A stretch of DNA of 64,000 bases from Cyanobacteriota bacterium. GTDB lineage: Bacteria > Cyanobacteriota > Cyanobacteriia > Thermostichales > Thermostichaceae. Under the pieces are notes generated by a model. That model saw only the letters and a program-made list of their open reading frames with translations. It was not told the origin of the DNA and ran no database searches. How positions within the stretch are numbered: the stretch's first letter is position 1; each line of letters starts with the position of its first letter. The DNA is taken from positions 64,001 through 128,000 of the forward strand of contig JANRIL010000019.1 of the NCBI GenBank assembly GCA_033764955.1, read 5' to 3'. The position numbers and the translations under genes are program-made. Of this stretch, positions 60,545 to 64,000 are shown piece by piece.

Positions 60545-60665
60545 ATGTCATGTCCTTACAACCAAAGTGCCCTCTAGCTATGAGAGTAAAACTGAAAACT
60601 GAGTAACTTGTGAGAAATTCTTGCGATTATAATTCCGATCAGTTGGTTTCGGTCTAACAAAGCGG

Positions 60666-61631
60666 TTAAGCGGGGAAAAGGGTTTGGAGCACCTGAGCGG
60701 GCAAAATAGAGGTAATCTTTTGATCGGCAGCCCGCACCCAGCGATAGGGGCCTTGGGAGGGCAGGAGGCGATGGGGATCCGTTGGGCCAAAGAGAGCCAG
60801 CAAAGGGGTTTGGGTGGCAACGGCTAGGTGCATGGGGGCGCTATCGGTGCAGAGGAGCAGGGTGGCTCCGGCGATCATGCCCGTCAGTTGACTGATCTGG
60901 CGAGGACGGGTTAGGTAGAGATCCGGTTGCCGATCCAAAAAGGCTTGGGCTAGCTCCTGATCCTCAGGGCCAATCAACAGAACCATCGGCAGCTCAGGCC
61001 GTTTTTTCTGAAAGCCCTGCATGATCTCTAGCCAACGCTCCACCGGATAAATCTTTTGAATACCCTTGTTGATGGAGATCTGACTGGCTCCGGGATGGAT
61101 CAACACATAATCAGACTTGTCGCCAAACAAACGCTGCCGCTCCTGTTCACACCAATCGAGAGCCGGCTTTTTGAGGCGAATTTGCGGTAGGGGAGTGGTG
61201 GTAGCCCCCGGAAATCCTTGCAGCAGATCCGCATACATACTCGCGGCATACTGCTCCTCTTTGAGGGGGACTGCATCCGTTAACCACGGACCTGTTGTTT
61301 GTCCATAGCCCACCCGCTTGGGGATCCCGGTCAACCAGAGCAGCAGCTTCAGCCCCCAGGAACGCCCTAGACTGACAACCCCGTCATATTGCCGCTCCCG
61401 AATCCGCCCCAAGAGATCGCTGAGATCCCCCAAAGACACCTGTTCCTTAAAGGCAAAGGTGAGGACACGATCCACGGAAGGACAGACCTCATAAGCCCCC
61501 GCCGCTCGTGGTTCCACCATCACCTCGATTTCCGCCTGGGGAAACCGTTGCCGCAGCCCCGCCAGTGTGGGAAAAAATAAGATCTGATCGCCGATTCCAC
61601 CGGGAACAAGGGCTAAAATACGCTCGTGCAT
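60666..61631 (-). CDS. Glycosyltransferase family 9 (heptosyltransferase-like)
   Basis: PGGIGDQILFFP, LIHPGAS, CTDSAPMHLA, ALFGPT. Confidence 0.92.
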   Translation of the reverse strand: MHERILALVPGGIGDQILFFPTLAGLRQRFPQAEIEVMVEPRAAGAYEVCPSVDRVLTFAFKEQVSLGDLSDLLGRIRERQYDGVVSLGRSWGLKLLLWLTGIPKRVGYGQTTGPWLTDAVPLKEEQYAASMYADLLQGFPGATTTPLPQIRLKKPALDWCEQERQRLFGDKSDYVLIHPGASQISINKGIQKIYPVERWLEIMQGFQKKRPELPMVLLIGPEDQELAQAFLDRQPDLYLTRPRQISQLTGMIAGATLLLCTDSAPMHLAVATQTPLLALFGPTDPHRLLPSQGPYRWVRAADQKITSILPAQVLQTLFPA

Positions 61632-61845
61632 GGGGTTGACCTGCGTAAGAGAGATCAGGAACGTGGCCGAGGAACAGGACTTAGGCTAATTATGAGCTTA
61701 ATTATGAATGGGATCAGGAATTAAGGATAATTAAACTGGCCGATTTCGCGGATGCTGAGTTAAGTATTTCTGCTGTGACGGCTGAATAACCTTAACTATT
61801 GTAACGGCTTCAGTCCCTGGATCATCCTTATTCTCCCCAGTCTGC

Positions 61846-62994
61846 ATGGATTCTATTCCCCTTCTTGATCTCCGCCAGCAATACCAGGCGTTAGCCCCTG
61901 AGTTAGTTCCCCAGATTGAAGCCCTTTTGGCCTCTGGTTATTACATTGGTGGAACCGCCGTTCAACAGTTTGAGGAAGCGTTTGCTCAGTTTCTGGGATC
62001 CGGATCCCCAACCCCTCTAGAAGTGATTGGCTGCAACTCCGGTACCGATGCCCTCTATTTGGCGCTACGGGGTCTGGGCATTCAAGCAGGGGATGAGGTG
62101 TTAACCAGCGCCTTTAGTTTTTTTGCCTCGACGGGGGTGATTTCTCAGGTGGGAGCACGCCCTGTCTTTATCGATATCAACCCGCAAACCTTTAATCTGG
62201 ATCCGAGCCAGATTGCTCGCCACATTACCCCCCGCACCAAGGCGATCATTCCCGTGCATTTGTTTGGGCAGCCCCTCGATATGACGGCTGTGATGGCGAT
62301 TGCCCGCCAGCATCAATTAGCAGTGATTGAAGACTGCGCCCAAGCGGTGGGAGCCTGCTGGGCTGGTCAAACGGTGGGCACGTTTGGGGAGGTGGGCTGT
62401 TTTAGTTTCTTCCCCACCAAAAACTTGGGGGCGGCGGGAGATGCCGGAGCAATGGTCGTCCGGGATCCCCATCTTGCAAAAACTCTGCGGATCCTCAAAG
62501 ATCACGGCCAAAGCCAGCAATATCGCCATGAGGTGGTGGGCATCAACAGTCGTCTGGATGCGCTGCAAGCCGTCATTTTATCGGTCAAATTGCGCCATCT
62601 GCGGGAGTGGAATGGGCGACGCCGCAGTTTAGCCGACAGCTATACCCACCTGCTGCATGGGATCCCTGATCTCCTTCTCCCCAGCGCCATTGTAGGGGGA
62701 AATAGCGTCTGGCATCAGTACACGGTACGCATTTTGGGGGATCCGACTCGGCGGCGGGATCGGGTACGCGACTATCTACAACGCATCGGCATCAGCAGTC
62801 GCATTTATTATCCGGTTCCTCTGCACTTACAGGCGGTTTATCACCCCTTGGGCTATCAAGTGGGGGACTATCCAGAAGCGGAAAGGACAGCTCAGCAAGT
62901 GTTGTCATTGCCCTTTTTCCCAGAGCTAACCTTGGCTCAGCAAAAACGGGTGGCTAGTGGGTTAGCCAGCGCGATGCAAGCGACTACCACCTAG
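61846..62994 (+). CDS. DegT/DnrJ/EryC1/StrS aminotransferase
   Basis: CNSGTDAL, IPVHLFG, IEDCAQA, SFFPTKNLG (PLP Lys), NSRLDALQA. Confidence 0.95.
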   Translation: MDSIPLLDLRQQYQALAPELVPQIEALLASGYYIGGTAVQQFEEAFAQFLGSGSPTPLEVIGCNSGTDALYLALRGLGIQAGDEVLTSAFSFFASTGVISQVGARPVFIDINPQTFNLDPSQIARHITPRTKAIIPVHLFGQPLDMTAVMAIARQHQLAVIEDCAQAVGACWAGQTVGTFGEVGCFSFFPTKNLGAAGDAGAMVVRDPHLAKTLRILKDHGQSQQYRHEVVGINSRLDALQAVILSVKLRHLREWNGRRRSLADSYTHLLHGIPDLLLPSAIVGGNSVWHQYTVRILGDPTRRRDRVRDYLQRIGISSRIYYPVPLHLQAVYHPLGYQVGDYPEAERTAQQVLSLPFFPELTLAQQKRVASGLASAMQATTT

Positions 62995-63001
62995 CTTGTC
63001 T

Positions 63002-63098
63002 GCCTAACGCCCTGCCGCTCAGCCGCGAGCGGCGGGCGCGGCTGAGAGAAGGAGTCTAATGCAACTCGCCGCTTGTCGGCTGCAGCGGCTGGTTAGGC
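63002..63098 (-). other. Second integron attC site (GC-rich type)
   Basis: Minus strand: GCCTAAC CA GCCGCT-G-CAGCCG-A-CAAGCGGCG ... CGCCGCTCG CGGCTG AGCGGC AGGGC GTTAGGC; canonical RYYYAAC/GTTRRRY ends and two extrahelical bases. Confidence 0.85.
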
Positions 63099-63387
63099 AG
63101 GGCGAGGCTACAGACTAAGCTCGACCCGCAGGGCTACACCGAAGGCTATATTGATGCCACTATTTGTGACATTTTCTCTGCGTTTTGCCACAAAACCCCC
63201 TTTCTGAAAAATCGGGGGTGGTAGCTGAGCGGTGGTTTTGTTATCCTGTCGCTAACACTTGCTCATCGTGCCCTCAAACCCTCACCTTGAGAGGCATACA
63301 GCAAATTTCATCAGCGTTGGGTAGAGTGTCTTCCCCCGTTGATTGTGCGTTAAATGGCAGGCAATTTCAGGCTTGGAGAAAAGCGCC

Positions 63388-64000
63388 ATGTTTACCCTCA
63401 TCTGGACAAAAAAGTATTCCCGAATGACCGAGCGGCTGAAAAGCTTGGAGGCAACCCGTGAAGAGCATGTTTTTTCTCCCGATCTGAGTGCCCAGACTTT
63501 AGAAGTGGCTCCTGACTTTTGGCAACGCCAGCAGCAAGCCTTCAGCTATGTCAATCAGCAGATTCAAAAGGTCAATCGCCGTACCCGTGTCTGGGGGACG
63601 ATGGCGCTTATGGCTATCTTGGCGGATGCCACCCTATTTGTCGGGGGGTTGATGGCCTTTCAAGCTTTTCAACAATATCAAGCGAATAACTCCCTGCAAC
63701 GGTTAGCCCAGGGGGACAAAGCCACCGATCCCATTCAAAAAACGATTGATGAAATTTTTGAGCAGCTCCCTCACATGGATCCCACTCAGCGGATTCAGGC
63801 TCTGCAACAACTGGAGCTACTCACTCAGGCTAGTCAATATTCCGACATTCCCACTTACGGATCCTCGGTATTCACGACAGGGGCGGTGGCACTCTCTCCC
63901 TTAGAGATGCAGCTCCAGGCGATTAGTCAATTGGGGGATCGACGCACCCTAGAAGCCGTTCCCGCCCTCCTGACCAAGCTAAGCGATGGAGAGGCTAATA
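63388..64000 (+). CDS. Membrane-anchored HEAT-repeat-like protein (runs off the window)
   Basis: Manual translation is open to the end; one TM (WGTMALMAILADATLFVGGLMAF); HEAT-like QLQAISQLGDRRTLEAVPALLTKLSD. Alternative start at 63424. Confidence 0.7.
   Translation, partial: MFTLIWTKKYSRMTERLKSLEATREEHVFSPDLSAQTLEVAPDFWQRQQQAFSYVNQQIQKVNRRTRVWGTMALMAILADATLFVGGLMAFQAFQQYQANNSLQRLAQGDKATDPIQKTIDEIFEQLPHMDPTQRIQALQQLELLTQASQYSDIPTYGSSVFTTGAVALSPLEMQLQAISQLGDRRTLEAVPALLTKLSDGEAN

Larger units (their letters stand above)
58911..60657 (-). mobile_element. Integron gene cassette (two genes) integrated without an adjacent integrase
   Basis: Starts at G|TTAGACC (60658), complementary to its own R'' GGTCTAAT; ends in attC; AT-rich; no GGATCC inside. 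Confidence 0.75.

Noticed and set aside
60652..60672. GCTTAACCGCTTTGTTAGAC as a full attC or attI
   Set aside because: It overlaps the GT9 stop codon and has no pairing arm and no intI, so I treat it as the insertion junction only.
63185..63427. 80-aa ORF next to the second attC as a cassette gene
   Set aside because: TTG start, wrong orientation relative to the attC, no motif, and it overlaps the next gene's start.
1..64000. CRISPR array, tRNA, rRNA, transposase or integrase
   Set aside because: No regularly spaced repeats, T-loop/cloverleaf signatures, or DDE or tyrosine-recombinase ORFs were seen.

Overview
This is a gene-dense cyanobacterial chromosomal window. It is saturated with the palindrome GGGATCCC rather than HIP1 (GCGATCGC), which points to the hot-spring Synechococcus/Thermostichus lineage or a relative. 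Most of it is housekeeping: guaB3, rnhA, apcF, tlyA, nblS, leuA, rsmA, mfd, ycf46-ycf35, mgdE, sipA, rsmD, sdhB, comEC, pxcA, gatB, sigA, recG, wza-wzc, ndhQ and mutY. I saw no tRNA, rRNA, CRISPR array, transposase or integrase. The main discovery is integron-type DNA with no integrase in the window. A 1.75-kb AT-rich two-gene cassette (membrane protein plus Tat-signal Acg-type nitroreductase, 58911-60657, minus strand) starts at G|TTAGAC, ends in a complete attC hairpin, and appears inserted at a plain chromosomal GTT just past a glycosyltransferase stop codon. A second, GC-rich attC of a different family sits at 63002-63098. Other candidates: a Yfr1-like small RNA, a catalytically dead RecA/ImuA-like protein, an orphan radical SAM enzyme, an ndhQ missing from the ORF track, hairpins built from the GGGATCCC repeat, and several putative operators. 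All calls are by eye; no searches were run.
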